From positions 40,327 through 104,326 of IMG/VR virus record IMGVR_UViG_3300031257_000001: DNA of 64,000 nt; one strand, given 5' to 3'. Shown here piece after piece: positions 9,912 through 19,042 of the stretch. Numbering within the stretch: position 1 is the stretch's first letter; each line of letters begins with the position of its first letter. The notes under the pieces were generated by a model. It saw only the letters and a program-made list of their open reading frames with translations. It was not told where the DNA came from and did no database searches. Made by a program: the position numbers and the translations under genes. The stretch is from a virus.

Positions 9912-10730
9912 ATGGGACTTGGACACGCTGCCATAGGCATCGGTGCGACACTCTTAAGCAAATTCCTGTCGCTCAAGACGTGGACGCTCACAAACAACGA
10001 CAGCCGTGAGGTACTCAAAGGTCAGTTCCCGGCTGAAAATGTTACCCGAGGTGCTGGGAGCAATTACCAAGTCACAACCGCACTGAATCGCCAGAATCCC
10101 ATTATCCAGTTTATCAATGGCGAGTTGGACACATTGAGCGTCCAGTCGCGCTTCTGGCGCAAAGATCTGTTCGATGAGGCTCCCACCGACCGCATCGACA
10201 AGCTTCTGGAATGGACTCGTGTTGACAAAAAGCTCAGACGGCCGCCGATATTGACTTTTGCTCTGGGCGATGGCTTGGGACTTACGATGCAAGTTGTCCT
10301 GGAAAAGGTGGACAGCATCGTGTATGGGAACCCGAACGCGCTAGGTGGCATCCGCGAGGTTTCGTTCAGTCTGTCGATGCGTTCGCAGGTTCCGTTCGAC
10401 ATCAACGAGACCGAGGTTACCGACACACGTTATCACCGCGTCAAAGAAGGTGAATTCTATGAGTTGATTGCACAACGTGAGTATGGCAATCCCATGCTAG
10501 GGATCTTCATCCGGCGTTTACATCCGACCAAGCCGATCGCAAACCCTGGTGATGTGGTGAAACTCCCGGCAGTTGAGACTGCCAGAATTGCCGATTTACA
10601 ACCTGACAGTACCCCTCTCAAAACAGCATTTGGCAACAAGGACACAGAACAGCGACGGAACCGCATTCGGCATTTTGAATTACGTTCTGAATCCAGCGTG
10701 TCGTTTCTGTTCCAGTCGGCAAGGAAGTGA
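9912..10730 (+). CDS. tail tube initiator / LysM-like baseplate protein (P2 gpU+gpX-like)
   Basis: Follows the TMP; 'PPILTF' segment and LysM-like 'HRVKEGEFYELIAQREYGNP...PGDVVKLP'. Confidence 0.75.
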   Translation: MGLGHAAIGIGATLLSKFLSLKTWTLTNNDSREVLKGQFPAENVTRGAGSNYQVTTALNRQNPIIQFINGELDTLSVQSRFWRKDLFDEAPTDRIDKLLEWTRVDKKLRRPPILTFALGDGLGLTMQVVLEKVDSIVYGNPNALGGIREVSFSLSMRSQVPFDINETEVTDTRYHRVKEGEFYELIAQREYGNPMLGIFIRRLHPTKPIANPGDVVKLPAVETARIADLQPDSTPLKTAFGNKDTEQRRNRIRHFELRSESSVSFLFQSARK

Positions 10731-10735
10731 TGTAG

Positions 10736-12139
10736 ATGGTTGATGGTTCGGCCGGAGCAGCATCGGGAGCTTCTGCATATGGTGAATCCAAATCAGTCTC
10801 ACCATATGCTCCTGGTGACATCTCATCAAATGCTATTGGTTACACATTGAGCGTCAACAACAAGGCGATCAATGCAGGGATCCGACGGCTCGTCCAGCGC
10901 GTGGAATTCGAGTCCAGCGACGGCATGGCGGACCTTGCCCGGCTCAATATCATCGACCCCATTGACGACCAAGGGAACCTCCCCATCCGCGATTCCCAGA
11001 CGTTCGCAGTCGGCAACACGCTCGGAATCTTTGGCGGATATGGCGGAAACATCAAGCACATCGGCCATGCTGTTATTCGCAGAGTCCGCACGGTGTACCC
11101 GCAGGAGGGACAACCCACAATGCAGATTGTGGGTTACAGTCGTGACTCCGAAATGGCAGATAACAGTCCACCACCTCTGACTGATGTGGAACAGGCGGAG
11201 CAGGAGGCAATCCAGGAGGCGCAAGGCGGAGGGCGGAAGCGCCGGGGGAAGGGCCCGAAGCCGGGCCGGCGCTTCGCTGACGCCAAGTTCAGCGAAGCTG
11301 TGCGGTTACGGGCTGAACAGTATGGGTTCGATATTGATGTGGATGACACTCCGGATCCGCCCCACGACTTCATCCAGAAGGTCGGCCTGTCGGACTATGA
11401 CTTTGTACAGGGGCTGTCGAACATCACGGGCTTCATGTTCTGGGTAGATTCCAACAAGGATGGCAAGTGGATGCTCCACTTCAAGGATCCCGACAAGATC
11501 AAGCCTGGAGACCTCGGGCAAGACAAGGAGCACAACTTCAAGTGGAATGAGGGTGACTTCTCCACGCTGCTGACTTTCGAGCCCGAGATTGCCATTCAGG
11601 GCTCGGTCACACAATTCAAGGCGGTGGCCAAGGACGCCATCACCGGGCAAACAGTGGAAGTGGATCTCAAGGAGGATGCGGACACGCCCGACCCGGTGAG
11701 CCCTCCCGGCGGCTCAACGTTCGACCTGGACAACCCGCCTCAGCTGCGAGAGGTCGGGCAGAACGTCGTGACTGGCGAGCTGGTCTCTGGTTCGTCCATC
11801 AAGCTGTACGTGGGCGACTTCAGCTTTGGGATCAAGGCGAACCGGCGCTTCAAGGATGCTGACGAGCTGTCCCGATGGGCTCGCCAGTGGTGGCGACGGA
11901 ACCGCGACAACTTCATCCAGGCACGCTGCCGCCTCATCGGCGTGGAGACGCTCCGCGCCCGCCAGACGCACGTCCTCAGCGGGGTGGGCGTGGCCCTCAC
12001 AGGTCAGTACTACTTTACGCGGGTGAGACACACATTCGATGGGAACGGCTACAGTCTCGACTGCAATGTGCGGAAGATCATCGTGGCACCACCCCCGGCG
12101 GCGTCTGTGGCGTTTCTGAGTCCACCGGGAGCCTTTTGA
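10736..12139 (+). CDS. baseplate hub / late control D protein (gp27/VgrG-like)
   Basis: 'IQKVGLSDYDFVQGLS' and 'LSGVGVALTGQYYFTRVRHTFDGNGY' are typical of gpD. Confidence 0.85.
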   Translation: MVDGSAGAASGASAYGESKSVSPYAPGDISSNAIGYTLSVNNKAINAGIRRLVQRVEFESSDGMADLARLNIIDPIDDQGNLPIRDSQTFAVGNTLGIFGGYGGNIKHIGHAVIRRVRTVYPQEGQPTMQIVGYSRDSEMADNSPPPLTDVEQAEQEAIQEAQGGGRKRRGKGPKPGRRFADAKFSEAVRLRAEQYGFDIDVDDTPDPPHDFIQKVGLSDYDFVQGLSNITGFMFWVDSNKDGKWMLHFKDPDKIKPGDLGQDKEHNFKWNEGDFSTLLTFEPEIAIQGSVTQFKAVAKDAITGQTVEVDLKEDADTPDPVSPPGGSTFDLDNPPQLREVGQNVVTGELVSGSSIKLYVGDFSFGIKANRRFKDADELSRWARQWWRRNRDNFIQARCRLIGVETLRARQTHVLSGVGVALTGQYYFTRVRHTFDGNGYSLDCNVRKIIVAPPPAASVAFLSPPGAF

Positions 12140-13128
12140 TGGGCGTCATCCGCGAAACATACCTGGCCACTGTCTCGACCAACGATGACCCCGAGAAGCG
12201 CGGACGCATCAAGGTGCTGTGCACGCAACTGATGGGAAGTGAGGATGAGGAATGCCCTGTTTGGGTGGATCCCATCTTCGATTGGGGCTGGTTCGTCATC
12301 CCGGACCCGGGAGAGATTGTCGAAGTGGAGGTGTCCACTGGCTCGACCGAGGACGAGCAACTGGGCCAATTCTCCATCGACAATCTCGACATCCGGTGGC
12401 GTCAAACTCGTGAGTATGGCAACGAGGAAGCTGAAGAGGACAGCTTGAAGCGCCCCATTCCGGAGGACTTCACATCCACCAACTATGGCAAGCGTCGTGG
12501 CTTCGCCACGCCGTTGGGCCATCTCATCATGTTCGATGACACACCCGATGATCCCAAGCTGTCGATCTCGTGGATCGATGGCGACAGCGATGACCCAACC
12601 TACGCGTTCTTAACGTTTGACAAGCAGGGCGTGAAGCTCGCTTCCAAGCCGCATGGCGACGATAAGGTTCAGCACTGCCTGTTCTTCAACCACGAAACTG
12701 GTGAGATTTCAATCATCGATTCGACCGGCAACTCTATCAGCACGATGCCGAACGGGATCAAGATTGTAGCTGCCAAGGATGGCGCGAGCGACGCCAACAT
12801 CGAAGTCAAGAATGACGGCGTGATCCAGATCCTGGGCGGGAAGCAGGTGACGGTGTCGTCTGGATCCATTCAATTGGACGCCGGGCTTCCAGGAGCTGTG
12901 CTGCTTGGATCTGGTCCTGCTACTGCTATCGTTGATCAAGCTATCAAAGGGACTTCGTTCCATGCACTGCTGACTCCGTTGTGGACTGCTATGGCAGCAG
13001 GCGCAGCAGGCGGTGGTTTGATTACGCCTGCACAGGTAATGGCATGGTGCAACGCAGTGGCAGTAGCCGCTGTCACCGCAGTGGCAGGGTTGGCTACCAC
13101 CCTAAGCACTGATGTGAAGTTGAAATGA
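12139..13128 (+). CDS. baseplate spike protein (gp5/gpV OB-fold)
   Basis: ATG 12139 overlaps the upstream TGA; 'ATVSTNDDPEKRGRIKV...W...IPDPGEIVEV' and 'TPLGHLIMFDD'. Confidence 0.88.
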   Translation: MGVIRETYLATVSTNDDPEKRGRIKVLCTQLMGSEDEECPVWVDPIFDWGWFVIPDPGEIVEVEVSTGSTEDEQLGQFSIDNLDIRWRQTREYGNEEAEEDSLKRPIPEDFTSTNYGKRRGFATPLGHLIMFDDTPDDPKLSISWIDGDSDDPTYAFLTFDKQGVKLASKPHGDDKVQHCLFFNHETGEISIIDSTGNSISTMPNGIKIVAAKDGASDANIEVKNDGVIQILGGKQVTVSSGSIQLDAGLPGAVLLGSGPATAIVDQAIKGTSFHALLTPLWTAMAAGAAGGGLITPAQVMAWCNAVAVAAVTAVAGLATTLSTDVKLK

Positions 13129-13454
13129 GATCACGTTGTGCATTCCCACCATTCCCACCAACCATCAGCCTCCCCATCCCCATCCCAGGACTCCCGCAGA
13201 TCCCTGCGATCCCTACGCTACCCATCCCGCCATTCGGTGTGGCAGTCAAGTTCCCACCAACCATCAGCCTCCCCATCCCCATCCCAGGACTCCCGCAGAT
13301 CCCTGCGATCCCTACGCTACCCATCCCGCCATTCGGTGTGGCAGTCAAGTTCCCACCAACCATCAGCCTCCCCATCCCCATCCCAGGACTCCCGCAGATC
13401 CCTGCGATCCCTACGCTACCATTCTTCCCCCCATTGTGCCCCATCGATCCTTGA
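13125..13454 (+). CDS. proline-rich small protein built from tandem 33-aa repeats
   Basis: Start overlaps the spike stop (ATGA); FPPTISLPIPIPGLPQIPAIPTLPIPPFGVAVK x2.7; Cys near both ends. Confidence 0.6.
   Translation: MRSRCAFPPFPPTISLPIPIPGLPQIPAIPTLPIPPFGVAVKFPPTISLPIPIPGLPQIPAIPTLPIPPFGVAVKFPPTISLPIPIPGLPQIPAIPTLPFFPPLCPIDP
13152..13420 (+). repeat. perfect 99-bp tandem repeat, about 2.7 copies
   Basis: Units start at 13152, 13251 and 13350 and are nucleotide-identical. Confidence 0.95.
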
Positions 13455-13463
13455 GGTTGTGCC

Positions 13464-13865
13464 ATGCCGACAGGACTAGCTGTACCAGGACGAACCAACA
13501 CCGGCGGCGGAATGCTCGTGAGCCGGACGGAAGACCAGGATCAGAGCATCATCAAGCTCGCCCTCGGTGATGACTTCAGCGACAACCCATTCCAGGTGGG
13601 AATCGGCCTTGGGATTGGGCATGTCTTTGGTGTGAACGATCCAGCGTTACGTGCATTGATCATGTCCAGGCTCATCCCCATGTTCAAGCGATTTGAAGCA
13701 TTGAAGCGTTTCAAGCTCCGGACGGAAACGCTTCAATGGGAGGAAGGTGAGGAAGGTGGGCCCGTCCTCAGCTTCAAGTACGTCAACTTGGAGACGGATG
13801 AAGAGCGCGACTTCAGGCGTAGCCTCCGCCAGGCGAGCGGAGCCATTAACCCAGGGACGGTGTAG
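13464..13865 (+). CDS. baseplate wedge / sheath initiator (gp25/gpW-like)
   Basis: 133 aa between spike and baseplate J; 'NPFQ..IGLG...F' pattern. Confidence 0.65.
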   Translation: MPTGLAVPGRTNTGGGMLVSRTEDQDQSIIKLALGDDFSDNPFQVGIGLGIGHVFGVNDPALRALIMSRLIPMFKRFEALKRFKLRTETLQWEEGEEGGPVLSFKYVNLETDEERDFRRSLRQASGAINPGTV

Positions 13866-13867
13866 AC

Positions 13868-16045
13868 ATGGCCGGGACCCAGATTGAGATTCCCAGTTTC
13901 AACTTTGCGGCATTCTTCTATCCGCAAATCTTGGAGTCATTGCTAGTCTTCAAGCGGCAGAACGTCCCTGAGCTCACCGACGAAAGTGAGTTTGAGCCGT
14001 CCATCCAGCTGCTCCGTGCGTTCGCGCTGGTCGGGCACTTGAACAACGTGTTGGCGGACATGATCGCCAACGAGAGCACCTTGCCCACGGCGAAGCTCCC
14101 TGAGACCGTGCGCAACATGCTCCGCCTCATCGACTTCGAGTTGCGCCCGGCGACTCCGGCCGCGGTGGAAGTGATCTTGGATCTCTCACGGGTGTTCACC
14201 GTGTCTCGGCAGGTGGTCCCGGAGCGAGCCCAGTATGCCACGCGCCGGACCGAAGGCGACAACGTCATCATCTACTTCGAGTCGCTGTCATCGCTGACCA
14301 TCGATCGCACAGATGAGTTCACGGCCGTTCTGGCCACCCCGGACGGAACCACCTTCACAGACTACACGACCCAGGCGAATACCGGGACCACGTTCACTCC
14401 GTGGACCGCGCCGGCGCCCGGCGGTGCCATCTACTTTGGACACGCACAAGTCCAGCACAACCGGCTCGACCTGGACGTGATCACTGCCCCTGGCGAGATC
14501 ACGAATGCGGTGTGGGAGTTCTTTGACGGCGACTACCGCGATGTGGCACCCGATACCATGATCAACGTCGGTGGGGGCGTGCTTCGCTTCAACATCAACG
14601 ACCTCCTGGGCGATCAGAACCGGGCCGGCGCGGAAGTGCGTGTCCAACTCAACGAAACCACGACAAGCGAGACGGCCACGAGCCAGTGGGACGGATCCAA
14701 CAACTATGTGGAGACCAACCTTCTGGGGCAGGCGTCGCCCTCCACCGATGCGGTCGACTACACGGTGGGCGTCCAGTGGCAAGAGTTGGACAACGTCAAT
14801 GACGAGACGCAACTGCTGGGCCAGACCGGCACGAATCTTGTGGAATTCGATCTGCCGCAGAACGAGCTGCGCGCATGGCGCGCGACCGAGGTGGACGGCG
14901 TGGAGTCATTCTGGCTCCGCCTGCGGATCGTGGAAACGTCCGGAGCAGCACAGGTCCAACTGGGTCGAATCCGCATGGATGAGGGCGACCAGTACGTGAT
15001 GACGGAGGCGATCCAGGGACGTTCCATCATCGCTGAAACATTGGGGTCGAGCAACGGCGACGCCAACCAGCGCTTCCCGACCACGTCCAACGCCTTCATC
15101 CTGAACTCGCAGACGCTTCGCGTGGATTCCGAGGTTTGGGTGCAGGTGGAGAACTTCCTGTCATCGAGGCCACAAGACAAGCACTATGTGGTGGAGCTTG
15201 GCCAACGGGACCGAGCCACCATCGTGTTTGGCGACGGCGTGAACGGACGCATCCCAGACGTTGGCCAGGGCAACATCGAGATGGACTACAGGTTCGGCGC
15301 TGCCGATGACGGCAACGTGGGCGCCCGGACTGTAACCGTGGACAAGACAGGCCTGACCTTCATCAACGGATTGTTCAATCCACGCCCCGGCGCCGGCTGG
15401 GCAGAGGCGCAGTCTGATTCACCGGCGAGCCTGGAAAAGGCAAAGGTGGAGGGGCCGGCGAGTTTGCGCGCCAGAGAGGTGGCGATCAGCCCGACCGACA
15501 TGGAACAGATGGTCACAAGATTCGTCCAGGAGGATGGATCTAGCCCGTTCAGCCGGGCCGTTGCAATTGAAGAGGGTTTCGGCCCCAAGACCGTGGAGTT
15601 GGTTGTGGTGGCCCGAGGCGGAGGACAGGCGACCGGGGGGCAGCTGGAAGCGCTCGACACATTCTTCAACGGCGACCCGACCGCCGTGCCGCCGCTTCCC
15701 AAGCGCATGGTCGCCAACCAAGAAGTCACCAGCGTCAACTTTGATCCGGAACCCATCAACGTTGAAGCAATCGTGACGGCCCCGGCCAACATCACGGCAG
15801 CGCAAGTTCGCAACCAGCTTGCCGCCATCCTTCAGCCGGAAGCGATCAAGGAAGATGGCGTGACTTTTGTGTGGGTGTTCGGCGCTGAGATCCCGCGGAG
15901 CCGCATCATCCACGAGATATTCGAGACTGACCCGACCATCGGGAAGGTGGTCCTCAACGTGCCAGCGACTGACACACAGCTCCAAAGGCGGCAACTTCCC
16001 GCCAACGGGACGTTCACAATCACGATGGTGGAGGCAACAAGCTAA
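13868..16045 (+). CDS. baseplate J-like wedge protein
   Basis: 'ANESTLPTAKL...ELRPATPA', 'LGSSNGDANQRF', 'IVFGDGVNGRIP', 'SLRAREVAISPTD'. Confidence 0.9.
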   Translation: MAGTQIEIPSFNFAAFFYPQILESLLVFKRQNVPELTDESEFEPSIQLLRAFALVGHLNNVLADMIANESTLPTAKLPETVRNMLRLIDFELRPATPAAVEVILDLSRVFTVSRQVVPERAQYATRRTEGDNVIIYFESLSSLTIDRTDEFTAVLATPDGTTFTDYTTQANTGTTFTPWTAPAPGGAIYFGHAQVQHNRLDLDVITAPGEITNAVWEFFDGDYRDVAPDTMINVGGGVLRFNINDLLGDQNRAGAEVRVQLNETTTSETATSQWDGSNNYVETNLLGQASPSTDAVDYTVGVQWQELDNVNDETQLLGQTGTNLVEFDLPQNELRAWRATEVDGVESFWLRLRIVETSGAAQVQLGRIRMDEGDQYVMTEAIQGRSIIAETLGSSNGDANQRFPTTSNAFILNSQTLRVDSEVWVQVENFLSSRPQDKHYVVELGQRDRATIVFGDGVNGRIPDVGQGNIEMDYRFGAADDGNVGARTVTVDKTGLTFINGLFNPRPGAGWAEAQSDSPASLEKAKVEGPASLRAREVAISPTDMEQMVTRFVQEDGSSPFSRAVAIEEGFGPKTVELVVVARGGGQATGGQLEALDTFFNGDPTAVPPLPKRMVANQEVTSVNFDPEPINVEAIVTAPANITAAQVRNQLAAILQPEAIKEDGVTFVWVFGAEIPRSRIIHEIFETDPTIGKVVLNVPATDTQLQRRQLPANGTFTITMVEATS

Positions 16046-16473
16046 TGTCCATTACCAATGCAACCGCGAATGCCGCGCTGGACAAGTTCCTGGGCCAACC
16101 CATCTCGGGCGGAGGGCTTTGGCCGTCAACTGTGTACATCGGTTTGCTCCTCGCAGAGCCCAATCCAGACGGCAGCGGGGTGGTCGAGCCCTCCGGCGGT
16201 CTTGCGTACTCACGCCCGGGCGTCACCAACTCAATAGCCGAGTGGCCTGGCGCCACATCGCGCCAGAAGACACACGCCAGCGACATCGTGTTTCCGCAGG
16301 CCATCGGCGGCAACTGGGGAACCATCACCCACGTGGGGATCTTTGACGCCGCTTCCGGAGGTAGCCTCTTGGCCTACGGGCCGCTTCAGACTGCTCGCCC
16401 TGTCAACGAAACTGACATCTTCAGGTTCATGGCAGGATTCGCTCCGCTGACACTCACATTCCCGGCTAGCTGA
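16045..16473 (+). CDS. tail-associated structural protein
   Basis: 'VYIGLL...WGTITHVGIFDAASGGSLLAYGPL' motif common in phage tail and fibre proteins. Confidence 0.7.
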   Translation: MSITNATANAALDKFLGQPISGGGLWPSTVYIGLLLAEPNPDGSGVVEPSGGLAYSRPGVTNSIAEWPGATSRQKTHASDIVFPQAIGGNWGTITHVGIFDAASGGSLLAYGPLQTARPVNETDIFRFMAGFAPLTLTFPAS

Positions 16474-19031
16474 TGGCATTCATCGACGAACCAGCAACGA
16501 TCACCATCCAGCTGATCAGCAACGCGAAGGGCTCGCTGATCTTCGCGCCTGTTGGCGGCGTCGCGATGGAGATCCCGGCGACCCTGCTGACTGGCAATCT
16601 CGTTCAGCCGGTGGTGGTGGTTCGTGCCCGCGCTCTGTCTCCCAACCGTGTCCGCATCGACTTCGATGGGCCGTTGGACACCAACAGCCAATTGCTGGAT
16701 CGTGAGAACTACAAGATCACGCCCACCGCCGGCGGAGCCATCGTCACCATCTTGAGCGTCCACGAGCCTTCCAGCGCATCACCTCTGTTCATCGAGTTGG
16801 AAGTCACCGAGATGACGGACGGCTCGGCATACGAGGCCATTGTCAACGACGGCTCCACAGACCCGGTGACCTCGGATAGCGTCCCAGTCACCTCCACGCC
16901 CGAAGCGTTCACAGGGCTCGGTGAAATCCCATTTGTGCTGTTGGTCATCGCGGCTTCCGAGACCACAGCAGAGGTGCGCTTCAGCGAGACCATGCGAGCG
17001 TTCGGTGACATCACGGACCCGAGCAGCTACAGCTTTGACTTGGGTCTAATCGTGGAGGAAGTGCTACTGGTGTCCGGAAGCACGGTGACGCTTCAGACTT
17101 CAGCACAGAACCCGGGAACGCTGTACACGGCAACCATCACCGGGTCATTCGAGGATGGCTCAAAGAACCCACTGGTGGTACCGGCCACCAGCCCGATGCT
17201 AGGGTTTGTCGAGGGGTTGCCCGATCCGGAGGCGTTGAACCTCCGCATGTACAACTTCCTGATCCAGGGGATGCGCAACGAGGACCAGCGCGTGGGCGAG
17301 CAGTTCTGGGAGCGCTACCTGGAGGGTCCGCAAGTCAGCTGGAAGGTCACCACGGGCGTCATCCTGGCCATCCCGCTTCTGTGGAGTGTGACCGAGATTC
17401 CAGATGAGTTCTTGCGCTACCTCAAGAACATCGTGGGGTGGACGGACGATCTGAACGCCATCACAGACGCGCTGGATTCGGCCACGCTTAGAAGGCTGAT
17501 CGCCAACTCAGTGGCGTTCTGGAAAACCCGTGGAAACGAGACCAGCACAGGGGACCTCCTGCGATTGATCACCGCGGAGCGTGTGCGCATTGTCAATTGG
17601 TTCCAGCTTCGGTTTATCGTGGGCGAGACGGAGCTCAGCCAGGAGTTTGAGGGGCACGATTATTGGATTACAAGATTCCGTGATCTGGCCCGAGCGCCTG
17701 TACAGCTGTTGAACAGCATCGCGATTGTGCCGAGCGGCAGTCCTTATGTTGGAACAGTGGTGTCCAATGCGGACGGGTTGCTATTGTTTGTGTCATCAAC
17801 AGGGGCGATAGGCGACGTGCTAGTCGGTGGCAATCAAGCGTTGTTGTTGTCCAAACAGACCGCATCCGATGGATATGGTGAAGCTGCTGTATACTGGTAT
17901 GGATCCGTAGCTGCCGGGACGCAATACACCATATTCAGCACAGATGACTTTTTTGTTGGCCAATATGAACTTGGCGGCGTTAGATCGTCGCACAGCACCA
18001 TCGTCGATCTGACATCGTTCCCGGAAGGTGGTGACGAATTCACATCCACCATCCACAGTACGCAGGATGGAGAGACTGTAGTTGTTGGATTCATTGCAAG
18101 GCGCGCTGGGGCATATGGTATCTATGTTGAAGAATCCAGCAATGTGGATGTTTTGAGCAGATCTAGCAATTCCAGCACCATAGGTGATGTTGGGGTGTTG
18201 TTGCCGCACGGCTTGGTTGGTGGCGTAACGTATGGATACACAGCTCCAAATGAATCGCTTAGGCCAAGCTATTCCACTGTTCTTATGGCAATGAGTATCC
18301 CTGGTGTTGATGCCGTCCCTAGGGAATACACATCCGGTGACGAATGTGTGTACAATGTGAGGATCGTGGATAGTGGCGATCTGAATCGTCAATTGGTCAT
18401 CGACTTGCTCAAGCTGACGCGGCCGATTGGCGAGCGAATCGAGGTGGACTTTATCGCGTTCTTGGATGAGTTCACGACGCCCGACGACAACAGCCAGTGG
18501 ACGGGCAACACGACGATACAAGACGGGCATCTCACGGTGCTGACCGCGGACCCCGAGACATATGTGTCGCTGGACCGCGCTTTCGATTGGACCAACTACG
18601 TGTTCACAGTTCGGATGCGGTGGCAAGGCGACTCGGCCGCCGTGCGGTTCTATCGCTCCGGTCCGGATGACTATTATGAAGCGCAGCTGGACGTGGTTGC
18701 GAACACGCTCACCCTTGTCACGGTGCTCGCCGGGACCCCCACAACGCTCGCGACCGTGAATCTGGTGGACTTCGATCTGGCGTTGCTCAATGATGTCTGG
18801 TACAGCCTCCGTGTGGAGGCATCGCCCGAAGGCACCAACGCCGTCATCAAAGTCGCCATTGATAACAATCAAATCCTCGTGGAAGCCAACCCGGACCATG
18901 CCAACGGCTCGTTTGGGATAGTGGCCACCGGAACGCTCGCTGAATTGGACATCGCTGAGTTGTTCCTTAACCCGTTGGAATCATCTCGGATTGGACTCGG
19001 CAACGTCGTTGAGTCCAACTTTGACCTGTAA
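16473..19031 (+). CDS. baseplate wedge / tail protein I-like multidomain protein (Ig-like N-terminus, lectin-like C-terminus)
   Basis: Central 'IPDEFLRYLKNIVGW...LRRLIANSVAFWKTRG' is P2 gpI-like; two Ig-like repeats; C-terminal beta-sandwich. Confidence 0.7.
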   Translation: MAFIDEPATITIQLISNAKGSLIFAPVGGVAMEIPATLLTGNLVQPVVVVRARALSPNRVRIDFDGPLDTNSQLLDRENYKITPTAGGAIVTILSVHEPSSASPLFIELEVTEMTDGSAYEAIVNDGSTDPVTSDSVPVTSTPEAFTGLGEIPFVLLVIAASETTAEVRFSETMRAFGDITDPSSYSFDLGLIVEEVLLVSGSTVTLQTSAQNPGTLYTATITGSFEDGSKNPLVVPATSPMLGFVEGLPDPEALNLRMYNFLIQGMRNEDQRVGEQFWERYLEGPQVSWKVTTGVILAIPLLWSVTEIPDEFLRYLKNIVGWTDDLNAITDALDSATLRRLIANSVAFWKTRGNETSTGDLLRLITAERVRIVNWFQLRFIVGETELSQEFEGHDYWITRFRDLARAPVQLLNSIAIVPSGSPYVGTVVSNADGLLLFVSSTGAIGDVLVGGNQALLLSKQTASDGYGEAAVYWYGSVAAGTQYTIFSTDDFFVGQYELGGVRSSHSTIVDLTSFPEGGDEFTSTIHSTQDGETVVVGFIARRAGAYGIYVEESSNVDVLSRSSNSSTIGDVGVLLPHGLVGGVTYGYTAPNESLRPSYSTVLMAMSIPGVDAVPREYTSGDECVYNVRIVDSGDLNRQLVIDLLKLTRPIGERIEVDFIAFLDEFTTPDDNSQWTGNTTIQDGHLTVLTADPETYVSLDRAFDWTNYVFTVRMRWQGDSAAVRFYRSGPDDYYEAQLDVVANTLTLVTVLAGTPTTLATVNLVDFDLALLNDVWYSLRVEASPEGTNAVIKVAIDNNQILVEANPDHANGSFGIVATGTLAELDIAELFLNPLESSRIGLGNVVESNFDL

Positions 19032-19042
19032 GGGCCCTCCCC

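Noticed and set aside
13152-13420. Repeats as a CRISPR array (also 27157-27401)
   Set aside because: No unique spacers between units and no cas genes.
2783-19031. Extracellular contractile injection system or tailocin
   Set aside because: Neck genes, a full tape measure with frameshifted chaperone and a contiguous replication module indicate a genuine phage.
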